Source: Chlamydiales bacterium (GTDB lineage: Bacteria > Chlamydiota > Chlamydiia > Chlamydiales > JAAZZY01). From it: a DNA stretch of 64,000 nucleotides. Shown here in pieces: positions 18,549 to 27,837 of the stretch. Below the pieces are notes generated by a model. That model was not told the DNA's origin. It worked only from the letters and a program-made list of their open reading frames with translations, and searched no databases. Location: positions 64,001-128,000 of the forward strand of contig CBDBKM010000002.1 of assembly GCA_965206695.1 (NCBI GenBank), read 5' to 3'. A program made the translations under genes and the position numbers. The first letter of the stretch is position 1; each line of letters begins with the position of its first letter.

Positions 18549-21404
18549 TTATGTTAAAATAGCTAACTTTTCTTCAATTTCTTTTAACTTATTTTCATTA
18601 TCTTGCAGTAGTTGCTTCTGTTTATCGACGAGCTCTTTAGGTGCTCTTTCAATAAACTGAACATTACTGAGCTTATTCTTGAGTTTATCTACATTACCTT
18701 GAATACGTAGTACCTCTTTTTCAAGACGTGCTTGTTCTTGTTTTTGTAATTCTTCGGGTAATGGGATAATAATTTTGATAGAGCCAACAAAACCGGTACT
18801 GCTAAAGGCTTCATCAGGCTCTTTATCATCAATAAAAATATTTTGCGTCGGTAGTAAAGAAGGAATAATATTTTGATTCTCTTTGATTAGTTGTAGATCC
18901 TTATCTTGCAGAAGAGCTACGATATAAATATCGGTTTTAATACCGGGAGCGATTTTCATCTCTCCACGAATATTTCTTATGGTATAGACGACTTGTTCGA
19001 TAAGGTTAAAACCATTTTCTATCTGTTGATCCATAGCGGATTTATCCAATACCTTAGGATAAGGCGCTATCATGCAGCTATCGGCAAGAAGAGCTTGTAT
19101 GGTATCTTTAGTATAAATATCCGCGTCTTCATTTAGCATTATGTTATCGAAATATTCTTTGATCAGTTGAAATAACTCTTCTGTAATAAAAGGAGCCATT
19201 GGGTGTAATAATCTAATAGCACTCGTTAAAAGAATAACGAGAAGAATTTGTTTGTTTTCTCTATCTTTTTGATCACCGGATTTTCCAAAAAGAACGGGTT
19301 TAACAATCTCAAGGTAATAGGCGCATAATTCTTTCCAATAAAAATTGTAAGCGCTTATGGCAGCATCTTCATAGTTATAGGTAGTAAGATAGCCATTGAC
19401 GTCCTCGATTGTTCGATTTAGCCTAGATAAGATCCATTTGTCTTCTAAAGCAAGTATTAAAAAATCAAGCCCTTTACTCAAATTTTTAGCCGATAAAGCT
19501 GTGGTATTGGCTTGTTCATTTCCTTGTAAGTTCATGAAAATAAAACGGGCACCATTCCATAACTTATTAGCAAAGTTTTTGAAATCTTCAAATTTACGTC
19601 TATCGAGATCAATCTGATGAGATAACACAGGGCTAGCACAAAAAGCCATGCGCATAGCATCAGTACCATATTGATCAATGATCTCTAAAGGATCGATAGC
19701 ATTGCCTTTGGATTTTGAAATTTTTTCCCATTTAGAATAGACATCTTTAGGTGTCGGTTCCCGTAAGTCGTAATCGAGGCGTTCTTGTTGCGAAACATAA
19801 TGGATATGCCCTTCATCATTGATACGCCAATAGGATTTACCAAAAATCAGTCCGGTTAATAACACTTCAGGGAAGGGGAGTGTATTTTGAATATATTCTC
19901 CCATCATTAACATCCTGGCTACCCAAAAGAATAGAATATCGTGGCCCGTTACTAAAATGGAGTTGGGATAAAATGCTTGTAACTCATCGGTATTATCCGG
20001 CCATCCTAACGTACTAAAAGGCCATAGAGCAGAAGAAAACCAGGTGTCTAACACATCTTCATCTTGATACCAGTCATTTGGGTTAGCTTGTACTTCTTTG
20101 GGAAGACCCCTATCTGTAAAACAGATGATCTTTTCAGGATTATTTTTATGATACCAAACAGGAATACGATGGCCCCACCACAGTTGTCTGGAAATACACC
20201 AGTCTTTTAAGTTATTAATCCAATAGCGATAAGTTTGTTCCCAGCTCTTAGGATGTATCTTGATTTTATTTTTATCAACAGCTTCTAAAAGCTTATCTTT
20301 AAAATTAGACATCTTGATAAACCACTGCTTAGAGATATAGGGCTCTATCGTTGCCTTTGAACGGTAAGAGACACCGACTCGATGTGGATGGTTTTCAATT
20401 TTTATTAAAAGACCTAACTCTCTCATCTTTTCTACAACATGAATACGAGCCTCTGCCATAGTCATTTCTTGAAAGGGACCTCCATTTTCATTCACCCTAC
20501 CATCCGGTGTCATGATATTAATGAAAGGGAGATTGTGAGAGATACCCATCTCATAGTCATTAGGATCATGGGCAGGTGTGATCTTCACAGCTCCGGTTCC
20601 AAATTCAGGGTCAACACGTCGATCGGAAAAAATAGGGATTTTTCTATCCATGATAGGTAACATAACAGTTTTTCCTATCAAATGTTTATAACGTTCATCT
20701 TTTCCCGATACAGCAACTCCTGTGTCACCGAGCATCGTCTCGGGTCTGGTTGTAGCAATAGGAATAAAGGCCGACCCATCAGATAGGGGGTAGTTAAAGT
20801 ACCATAAAAAACCCTTACGCTCTTCGAATTCTACTTCGTCATCGGCTAGTGCTGTTTGTGTGACAGGATCCCAATTAACAAGATAATCTCCACGGTAGAT
20901 AACCCCTTCATCATACATCTTTTTAAAGACCCGGCGAACAGCTAAGTTGCTTTTTTCATCCATTGTAAAACGCTGTCTTGACCAATCACATGAGCATCCG
21001 AGGCGTCTTAGCTGAGTAACGATGGTGTCTTCTGTTTTCTCTTTAAAGTCCCAAATATGAGAAACAAATTCTTCTCTGGTGTAATCTTTTCGTCTTTTCC
21101 CAAATTTTTCTCTTAGGAAACGCTCTACTACCATCTGAGTCGCAATGCCGGCATGATCGGTGCCGGGAATCCAGAGGGTTTTAAACCCTTGCATTCTTTT
21201 CCATCTAACTAATACGTCCATTAGGGTATTACCCAGAACATGGCCCATATGTAGGATACCTGTAACGTTAGGAGGGGGCATCACAAGTGAGAAAGGGGGC
21301 TGTTTAGAGGAAGGATTAGCCTTGAAAAGACCCCTTTCTTCCCAAAATGAATACCACTTAGATTCGATTTCTTTAGGGTTGTAAGTTTTTGAAAGCTCTA
21401 CCAT
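18549..21404 (-). CDS. valS: Valine--tRNA ligase
   Basis: PPPNVTGILHMGH, GTDHAGIATQ, DWCISRQLWWGH, DVLDTWFSS, KISKS, C-terminal coiled coil. Confidence 0.98.
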   Translation of the reverse strand: MVELSKTYNPKEIESKWYSFWEERGLFKANPSSKQPPFSLVMPPPNVTGILHMGHVLGNTLMDVLVRWKRMQGFKTLWIPGTDHAGIATQMVVERFLREKFGKRRKDYTREEFVSHIWDFKEKTEDTIVTQLRRLGCSCDWSRQRFTMDEKSNLAVRRVFKKMYDEGVIYRGDYLVNWDPVTQTALADDEVEFEERKGFLWYFNYPLSDGSAFIPIATTRPETMLGDTGVAVSGKDERYKHLIGKTVMLPIMDRKIPIFSDRRVDPEFGTGAVKITPAHDPNDYEMGISHNLPFINIMTPDGRVNENGGPFQEMTMAEARIHVVEKMRELGLLIKIENHPHRVGVSYRSKATIEPYISKQWFIKMSNFKDKLLEAVDKNKIKIHPKSWEQTYRYWINNLKDWCISRQLWWGHRIPVWYHKNNPEKIICFTDRGLPKEVQANPNDWYQDEDVLDTWFSSALWPFSTLGWPDNTDELQAFYPNSILVTGHDILFFWVARMLMMGEYIQNTLPFPEVLLTGLIFGKSYWRINDEGHIHYVSQQERLDYDLREPTPKDVYSKWEKISKSKGNAIDPLEIIDQYGTDAMRMAFCASPVLSHQIDLDRRKFEDFKNFANKLWNGARFIFMNLQGNEQANTTALSAKNLSKGLDFLILALEDKWILSRLNRTIEDVNGYLTTYNYEDAAISAYNFYWKELCAYYLEIVKPVLFGKSGDQKDRENKQILLVILLTSAIRLLHPMAPFITEELFQLIKEYFDNIMLNEDADIYTKDTIQALLADSCMIAPYPKVLDKSAMDQQIENGFNLIEQVVYTIRNIRGEMKIAPGIKTDIYIVALLQDKDLQLIKENQNIIPSLLPTQNIFIDDKEPDEAFSSTGFVGSIKIIIPLPEELQKQEQARLEKEVLRIQGNVDKLKNKLSNVQFIERAPKELVDKQKQLLQDNENKLKEIEEKLAILT

Positions 21405-21582
21405 AGTATTTTCCTTATCTAGAGACCAAAAATATTATCAAATAAAAGAAAAAAAGTATATATTTTGATAAGTTGTTGATAATAAGTTTGTTAATGATTA
21501 AGCCCTCTATTAAACATATAAAATTAAAATTTTAACTAATTAATATTTAGAGTTTTAAAAAATAATAATTATCAGTTATTTA

Positions 21583-21611
21583 TTGAAAATAATTTAACCA
21601 TATGCTATAAT
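21583..21611 (+). promoter_or_regulatory. sigma70/sigma66-type promoter with extended -10
   Basis: TTGAAA-17 nt-TATAAT with TGn before -10; GGAGGA RBS at 21671-21676. Confidence 0.7.
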
Positions 21612-21685
21612 GATTAACAGAAAGATAGTTTATAATAGGCAATCCCTATAAACACCTTAAGAAGTTAATCGGAGGATTAATAATA

Positions 21686-21955
21686 ATGACAGCATGTAAC
21701 AACTCTCTTAATAAAGTTCCTAACCTCACCCCTATCCCAACACCCCGGTCACCTGATAAATTACCTAATAAAGATTTCAGTGTGAAGATAACAGGAACTA
21801 ATGCAAGTCCATCGACCGTTAACGGAAGAAATTTGTTAAAACAATTCAGACAACAACAGGGTAAATTTCCGAAATTTAACCAAAATATATCATACGCAGC
21901 TTTAAATTCTATAAAGACATTACCTTTCAATCTGTACAAAAGAGTAACAGCTTAA
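21686..21955 (+). CDS. Small basic hypothetical protein (89 aa)
   Basis: Near-consensus promoter, RBS and downstream terminator. Confidence 0.65.
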   Translation: MTACNNSLNKVPNLTPIPTPRSPDKLPNKDFSVKITGTNASPSTVNGRNLLKQFRQQQGKFPKFNQNISYAALNSIKTLPFNLYKRVTA

Positions 21956-21987
21956 AGAATAGTCTTAAAACTCATTTATTCATTTAT

Positions 21988-22024
21988 AAATACCCAAAAC
22001 CTTAAAAGGTTTTGGGTATTTTTT
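21988..22024 (+). terminator. Intrinsic terminator (possibly bidirectional)
   Basis: Perfect 16-bp arms AAATACCCAAAACCTT/AAGGTTTTGGGTATTT ending in a T-run. Confidence 0.8.
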
Positions 22025-22047
22025 GTCTTAAAATGGGATTGCTATTT

Positions 22048-22128
22048 TTGAAAGCTTTCAACCCTAAAGGAAAAGAATGCCTGATTTAACAATCTCTGCC
22101 TAGATCTGACATGATCTCCAAAGGCTTA
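22048..22128 (-). ncRNA. Orphan IS200/IS605 right end / TnpB omegaRNA-like scaffold
   Basis: Minus strand TAAGCCTTTGGAGATCATGTCAGA...CCTTTAGGGTTGAAAGCTTTCAA parallels the cognate right end at 26499-26590; first 24 nt identical to 18270-18293. Confidence 0.65.
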
Positions 22129-22286
22129 TAGAAAAAGCAAGATATCGGCTTATTTCTCTAGGATTACCTTCTATTTTAGATAATTTATCAAATAATAGGC
22201 ATAAATTTGTTTTATGGAATTGGTATTATTCCTCAGTTTAAATAGGTTGAAACATTATTCAACCCAAAGAAGGAACAAAGGGCTTT

Positions 22287-23663
22287 TTAAGCCACTTTTT
22301 TTGCTGCTATTTCTTGCTTTACAATTTGGATAAAGGATTTAGTTTCAGATGCAATAACAGCTGATAGGCCCAGCAATCCAATTAGATTAGGTAATGCCAT
22401 CAGTCCATTACAAATATCAGCTATATTCCATACAAGTTCTAATCCCATACCGGCACCGAAAACAACCATTATCGTTGCAACGATACGATATAAAATCGTA
22501 GACTTTATTCCGAAAAGATATTCAAAGCATTTTTCACCATAATAGGCCCAGCCTAAAATCGTTGAATATCCAAATAAAATAACAGCTATGGTAACAACAA
22601 ATCCGCTTCCTTTCAATACCGAATCAAATGCCCTTACTACCATGGCTGATCCATTTAATAGGGTACCGTCAGCATTGGCTTGACCAAGCACATCTGTTAC
22701 GGCTAAAACAAGACTTGTAATGGTACAAACGATAAAAGTAGCCATAAAAGCGCCACTCATTGAAATCATCGCTTGCCTTCCCGGTTGATCGGTCTTAGCA
22801 GCAGCTGCAGCTATTGGTGAACTTCCTAAACCTGCTTCGTTAGAAAAGACCCCTCTAGCAGTACCCGTTCTTAAAGCGATAATAAACGAAGAGCCAATAA
22901 AACCACCTGTGGCTGCTTGTCCTGTAAAAGCAGAGGAAATAATGGTATTAATACCGGATGGAATCAGTGTGTAATTCATGATAATAATGAGAAGACCTCC
23001 GAAGACATACAAAAAAGCCATTACCGGTACAAGGTACTCCGTAACCCATCCAATGCTCTTAATCCCTTTCAAAAGAACTAAACCTGTAAAAAGAGCAATG
23101 ATAATGCCCGAACCCCAATGACTCATATGAAAGACTTCAAAAGCTACATTAGCAATTGAGTTCGACTGAACCATATTTCCTGTTGTTAGAGCCGTAATCG
23201 ATCCCATCACAGCAAAAAAGATCGCCCATTTTTTCCATTTTAGACCATTAGCTAAAAAATACATGGGTCCACCACACATCTCGCCTCTACCATCTTTCTT
23301 ACGATATTTTATCGCTAAAATAGCTTCTGAAAATTTGGTAGCCATCCCAATAAATCCTGTTACCCAAATCCAGAAGACAGCTCCTAAACCTCCGATAGTA
23401 ATGGCTGTAGCAACCCCTGCAATACTTCCTATTCCAATCGTTGCACTCATAGCTGTCATAAGAGCTTGAAATTGGCTGATATCTCCTTCGGAATTATCAT
23501 CTTTACGTGTAAAAGCTAACTTTAATGAATACCAAAGATAACGAAATTGCAATCCCTTTAAAAGAATCGTTAGATAAAGTCCGGTTCCTACTAAAAGAAT
23601 CAAAAGCGGCGGGCCCCAAATCCAATTCTTAATAATTTCAAGAACTTGTAGTGTGTGTTCCAT
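22287..23663 (-). CDS. Alanine/glycine:cation (Na+) symporter, AGCS family
   Basis: SQFQAL...ATIGIGSIAGVATA..GG.GAVFWIW, GGPMY, RGVFSNEAGLGS, ALPNLIGL. Confidence 0.93.
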   Translation of the reverse strand: MEHTLQVLEIIKNWIWGPPLLILLVGTGLYLTILLKGLQFRYLWYSLKLAFTRKDDNSEGDISQFQALMTAMSATIGIGSIAGVATAITIGGLGAVFWIWVTGFIGMATKFSEAILAIKYRKKDGRGEMCGGPMYFLANGLKWKKWAIFFAVMGSITALTTGNMVQSNSIANVAFEVFHMSHWGSGIIIALFTGLVLLKGIKSIGWVTEYLVPVMAFLYVFGGLLIIIMNYTLIPSGINTIISSAFTGQAATGGFIGSSFIIALRTGTARGVFSNEAGLGSSPIAAAAAKTDQPGRQAMISMSGAFMATFIVCTITSLVLAVTDVLGQANADGTLLNGSAMVVRAFDSVLKGSGFVVTIAVILFGYSTILGWAYYGEKCFEYLFGIKSTILYRIVATIMVVFGAGMGLELVWNIADICNGLMALPNLIGLLGLSAVIASETKSFIQIVKQEIAAKKVA

Positions 23664-23801
23664 ACTAAATATTTCGTAAAATTTTTAATATAAACACTAT
23701 AATCTTTTGAAGGTTAAAAAGCCATGATGGATAAACCGGCTAAGTATAAGACCTCATCGTTTCACTCAGAAGCTATGAACTAAAATTTTTAGATAATACT
23801 T

Positions 23802-25569
23802 CCGACATTCCTAGACCTCTAAACAAGTTTTTCTAATTAAGCCATACATCCTCATTGCAGTCTTTCCAAACAAAACAATAATCTTTTTCCGAAGACGGGT
23901 TAAATTTGTGATCATTTCTTTACAAATTCTCCGGGAAGTCTTCTGAAAAAAACGGATTATTCCGATACCTTCCATAATTTGGAAAATCCATCTTAATGTT
24001 GGATTTTTGACTTCCTTTCCTAATTGGTTGGGTAATGTCTCTTCTGTTTCTATCAATTTTTGTCGAAGTTGATATTGTCCGATATTATAAACCATTAAAC
24101 ACAATGTCATAACCATCATTAATGCTTCAATGCGTCGAGGGGTTTTTAAAAAAATAGAATCAACCATAAACCAAGGATCTTTTAAAAAGCGAAACCCTCC
24201 TTCAACCTTTTGCTGTTCTTTATATTCTTCTAACATCATCTCATCTTTATAATTTTCTCTATCGGTGTCATTCGCAGCTAAAATAAACCGTCCTTTTCTA
24301 TTCATCAGTTTATTAATTTCTTCTTCTTCCCTTTCAAAGCTAGCATGAATCTTGTATCCAACAACTTGTTTTTCCTCTCCTTGTTTAGGTTTGCCTAATT
24401 TACCATATTTTAGAATCGGCAATATCTCACTATTCATGGAATATAAATGATTTTTTTTAGTCAATCTGCCCCAAGCTTTTTTAGCATCACTTTCGCATTT
24501 AAATTCCTCATTACCCAAATGCCAAAGTTGTTTCTTGAGCTTTTCTTCTGCCTTGGTCAATTTTTTTTCTAATGATTTTATCTCTCTCTGATAGGCTTGC
24601 TCTGAAAAAACCAAAAGCCATCTTTGTTTAATCCCTCCATAAAAAGAGGTGAAGCTGCATGTTTTATATCCTTTCTCCTGATCAATCCAATCAATTTCTT
24701 CTTCCGGTTTTTCTACTAATCTTTTTGCTTCTCCTATTATCTCGGGAACTCGGGTGAGCCATTTATAATCATTATTTTTTAAGAGCTTTTCTTTTGTGTA
24801 TAACGCTGAATCGGCAACCCACTTCAACTTTGTTTTTACATCAATCTGTTGTTGAAATTCACTGATTTTTTTGAGCGTCTCATGAAAACTTGCTTTATCA
24901 GAACTATTGCCGTCTAAGGCTTCCATCCATAGAGGCATAGAACTCGGACCATTGGTAACGAGAGAAAGTACAACTTGTTTCAAATCAGGTCTATGATCTT
25001 TAGAATAACCCTGCTTAATCTCAATCACTTGCGGATCATCTTTCACTTCATACGACCCATGAACGGAAAAGCTTGTTGTATCTAGATGATGCGTTTTTTG
25101 TAGTAAATCATGGTCTAGGGCTATTCCAAAAGAAACTTCAGCAAATAATTTACTGCTCCCATATTTCGCAATATCATCCAAAGCATGACCTAAAGTATAA
25201 TCTGTGAGATCTTCTGCTCGAAGATCGTTGCCAAGTAAATTCTCTATCGATTTAGAAGCAAAAAATTGATGTGTTAGGTAGAGACGTCTATTAGTAAACC
25301 CTAATCCATTCAGAATCATTGCAATTACTGCCTGTCCCGCACTTACTTTTCTTTGTGGATGATTTTTTAATCCGGTATCAATCCTTTCCGCTACTTTTAG
25401 ATCGCTGCAAAGTGCTGCAATTAATCCATGGTGATCCATGTTCACTGTTTGAATATTATCTCCTGCAACTTCCGGCATAACTTTTCTCCTTGTATCAAAT
25501 AAAAAGTAACAGGATAGGCAATCTATAATTCTAATTCAAAAAAAATATCTTACGGTCTAGGAATGTCGG
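23802..25569 (-). mobile_element. Complete IS1634-family element, 1768 bp
   Basis: 16-bp perfect TIRs CCGACATTCCTAGACC; 6-bp TSD ATACTT (23796-23801, 25570-25575). Confidence 0.93.
23811..25478 (-). CDS. IS1634-family DDE transposase
   Basis: HLDTTSFSVHG, GYSKDHRPDLKQ, GNSSD, VADSALY, YKEQQKVEGGFRFLK. Confidence 0.92.
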   Translation of the reverse strand: MPEVAGDNIQTVNMDHHGLIAALCSDLKVAERIDTGLKNHPQRKVSAGQAVIAMILNGLGFTNRRLYLTHQFFASKSIENLLGNDLRAEDLTDYTLGHALDDIAKYGSSKLFAEVSFGIALDHDLLQKTHHLDTTSFSVHGSYEVKDDPQVIEIKQGYSKDHRPDLKQVVLSLVTNGPSSMPLWMEALDGNSSDKASFHETLKKISEFQQQIDVKTKLKWVADSALYTKEKLLKNNDYKWLTRVPEIIGEAKRLVEKPEEEIDWIDQEKGYKTCSFTSFYGGIKQRWLLVFSEQAYQREIKSLEKKLTKAEEKLKKQLWHLGNEEFKCESDAKKAWGRLTKKNHLYSMNSEILPILKYGKLGKPKQGEEKQVVGYKIHASFEREEEEINKLMNRKGRFILAANDTDRENYKDEMMLEEYKEQQKVEGGFRFLKDPWFMVDSIFLKTPRRIEALMMVMTLCLMVYNIGQYQLRQKLIETEETLPNQLGKEVKNPTLRWIFQIMEGIGIIRFFQKTSRRICKEMITNLTRLRKKIIVLFGKTAMRMYGLIRKTCLEV

Positions 25570-25575
25570 ATACTT

Positions 25576-26017
25576 GTCCTGCCATAGTAAAATAATCAGT
25601 TCTTAATTTTTCCGGAACAGAAGGAAAGACACAAGCAGCTCCCTTGAAAAGATGGCGATACATCCTATTAAACATCTGTTCAAAATGCGATACGCCTTGT
25701 TTCGGATCTAAATGATAGATCAGTAGTAAAAGACCTTTGCATAACTGACTTATTTGATCCCGGGGTAACTGTGAGTGTTTATTGTGGTATCTGTGTATTC
25801 ATTAATTATGTGTTTATAACAGTTGTTACGTTACGTGTTGTTGTCGATGTGCAAATTCAAAAATAAGATGACTATTTTCATAATCAGCTTGATAATATTC
25901 ACCCAAGCTTTTTTGTTTGATTTCGATGGTATGGCGATTTAGATCAGGATAATATTCCAATTTGATTACCGGATAGTTTCCCCATATTTTTTGTGCTAAC
26001 TTAAATGCTGTATGCAT
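25576..26017 (-). pseudogene. Fragmented ORF(s) of unknown function cut by IS1634
   Basis: 63-aa ORF 25826-26017 and a frame LLLIYHLDPKQ...MAGQV that continues as LSKNFSS* on the far side of the IS. Confidence 0.35.
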
Positions 26018-26026
26018 AATCCCCTC

Positions 26027-26455
26027 TTAGTCGAAACTAATCAGTTCTGCCCACAGCTGATGGGTCCACTCCTCTATTACTTCTTCTTCACAAATAACTT
26101 CTACCTTATAAGTTAAGATGCCTTCTTTTTCAAAATATTCTTCATTTAAGAGATCATAAACATAAAATCCCCATGATCCGGTAATAGGAAAATAAATATT
26201 TTGTTGTTCAAAGTTATAATAACGAATTTTTAATAGCCCCTGAACATCCTTTCTATCTTTGATGGCATTTTTAGGAAAGCGCCACTTAACAATAAGTCGT
26301 TGCCCTAACGGATTTTCTTCATGGCGAGGATCCGGAGTATGCATCTGGACACTTGCCAAAGAATCTTTTGTAATTACTTCTTGACGAATGCAAACACGAC
26401 CGGAGCAACAAGCTGATAATAAAAAAAATATTGGTACAATTTTAATAAAGCGCAT
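26027..26455 (-). CDS. Conserved chlamydial lipoprotein (CT303-like by position)
   Basis: Lipobox LLSAC after MRFIK start; lies between valS and atpK as in Chlamydia. Confidence 0.7.
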   Translation of the reverse strand: MRFIKIVPIFFLLSACCSGRVCIRQEVITKDSLASVQMHTPDPRHEENPLGQRLIVKWRFPKNAIKDRKDVQGLLKIRYYNFEQQNIYFPITGSWGFYVYDLLNEEYFEKEGILTYKVEVICEEEVIEEWTHQLWAELISFD

Positions 26456-26498
26456 AACAATCATCCGGCTAAAAAATGGTATTGTACCATTCATTCAA

Positions 26499-26610
26499 TT
26501 GACAGCTCCCAATCCTAAAGGGGAAGGGATTCCTCATTCACAGACCGCAGCTAACAAAAGAGTTAGTCTAATATGAGCTCCAAAAGCTTAAATTACCGCC
26601 CGCCCTTCGG
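26499..26610 (-). ncRNA. Cognate TnpB omegaRNA (reRNA) scaffold region; 5' boundary uncertain
   Basis: Overlaps tnpB 3' end and runs to the TCAA right-end motif; position follows established TnpB biology. Confidence 0.65.
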
Positions 26611-27628
26611 TATATATATTATATGATGCATTAAAATCTCTGTCGTACACAGTATTGCATTTGAGACATTCCCACGACCTTATATCACAATCTAATTTTC
26701 CTACATTGTGATGGCATATGGAACCTAGTTGTGTACCGGGGAAACAGTGATCTAATTCTACTATATTTCTCCCGTACCATTCGCTTTTATATTTTAAAAA
26801 AGTTAAAAACCGGCTCCATCCTTCGTCGCATATATATTTGGCATATTTTCTATCTTTTAACATACTTTTTATACACAACCCTTCAATTATGATCGTTTGG
26901 TTTTCACGTATCAACTGAGTAGCAAGCTTATGATGGAAATCATATCCTATGTTTCTAATTTTTGAATGTATCTTTGAAACTTTAAACCGTCTCCGGTATT
27001 TCTTTAACTTCTTTTTAAACTGTTTAAGTGGCTTTGGTCCAACTATTTTTAAATTGTTAGATGTAGTTATAAAACTTTCTATTCCCATATCTATACCAAT
27101 AGAATGATTTTTCTTGCTCAATGATATGGTTTCTTCTTCCACTAAAATACTGATAAAGTATCTGCTACATGAATCTTTTGTAATCGTGACACTTAAGGGA
27201 TTACCCGAAAACTTTCGAGAAATACGTATATTTAATGCTTTTTTAGATTTTGCAATTTTAAGATACGTCCCATCCCAACTAAATGCTGATCTTATTAGGC
27301 GAATAGATTGACGCGAATGCTTATTCTTAAACTTTGGAAACTCAGATCTTTTTTTAAAGAAGTTGGTATATGATATGTCGAGATCTCTTAAGCTTTGTTG
27401 TAAAGAAACTGAAGAGACTTCGTTTAACCAAAGAAAATCCTTTTCTCGTTTCAGGTTGGTCGGCAAAGTAGATGTTTGTGAATAGGAGATATTTTCTTGA
27501 TATTTTCGAGTCTTAAAATTTAAGGCTTGGTTATACACTACTTTACAGCAAGCAAAGCTTTTTGCAAGTAGCTCGTTTTGTTGTTTCGTTGGATAGAATC
27601 TAAATGTATAAGCTTTTTTAATGATCAT
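26588..27628 (-). CDS. tnpB: RNA-guided endonuclease TnpB (possibly partly degenerate)
   Basis: KAYTFRFYPT N-terminus; RuvC residues GIDMG, IIEGL, DRDFNA; C-terminal CxxC; start re-assigned to ATG 27628. Confidence 0.9.
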   Translation of the reverse strand: MIIKKAYTFRFYPTKQQNELLAKSFACCKVVYNQALNFKTRKYQENISYSQTSTLPTNLKREKDFLWLNEVSSVSLQQSLRDLDISYTNFFKKRSEFPKFKNKHSRQSIRLIRSAFSWDGTYLKIAKSKKALNIRISRKFSGNPLSVTITKDSCSRYFISILVEEETISLSKKNHSIGIDMGIESFITTSNNLKIVGPKPLKQFKKKLKKYRRRFKVSKIHSKIRNIGYDFHHKLATQLIRENQTIIIEGLCIKSMLKDRKYAKYICDEGWSRFLTFLKYKSEWYGRNIVELDHCFPGTQLGSICHHNVGKLDCDIRSWECLKCNTVYDRDFNASYNIYTEGRAVI

Positions 27629-27697
27629 GCGGTGCATTATATGATTGGTTGATATATATTTCCAAGCATGGAAAGACAGTAAACTTAAAAAATAGCG

Positions 27698-27772
27698 ATT
27701 TTTAATCTTAGTTATCATGTTATCCGGTGTACCAAGTACAGAAAGTATATACAAAATCAAAAAAACAAGTAG
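27698..27772 (+). pseudogene. tnpA: Remnant of Y1 transposase TnpA (N- and C-terminal motifs fused)
   Basis: Reads IFNLSYHVIRCTKYR-KYIQNQKNK*, i.e. YHxxWxxKYR joined to YIxNQ with the HUH core missing. Confidence 0.75.
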
Positions 27773-27837
27773 ACGCTATCATCCCGATGCTAAAGCAAAG
27801 GATTTTCTCGCTTAATTGTCATAAAAAAATAAAAAGG

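Larger units (their letters stand above)
26499..27820 (-). mobile_element. IS200/IS605 (IS605-type) element with tnpB and internally deleted divergent tnpA
   Basis: Right end ...GGGAGCTGTCAA at 26499; left-end hairpin region 27771-27820 preceded by TTTAT on the minus strand. Confidence 0.85.

Noticed and set aside
21646..21939. 97-aa minus-strand ORF
   Set aside because: Promoter, RBS and terminator all support the plus-strand 89-aa ORF instead
21983..21995. TTTAT+AAATA as a local target of the 22048 guide
   Set aside because: Only 5 nt of guide match; expected by chance in AT-rich DNA
27629..27760. 44-aa N-terminal extension of TnpB in the ORF track
   Set aside because: It is the antisense of the tnpA remnant; TnpB homology starts at MIIKKAYTFR
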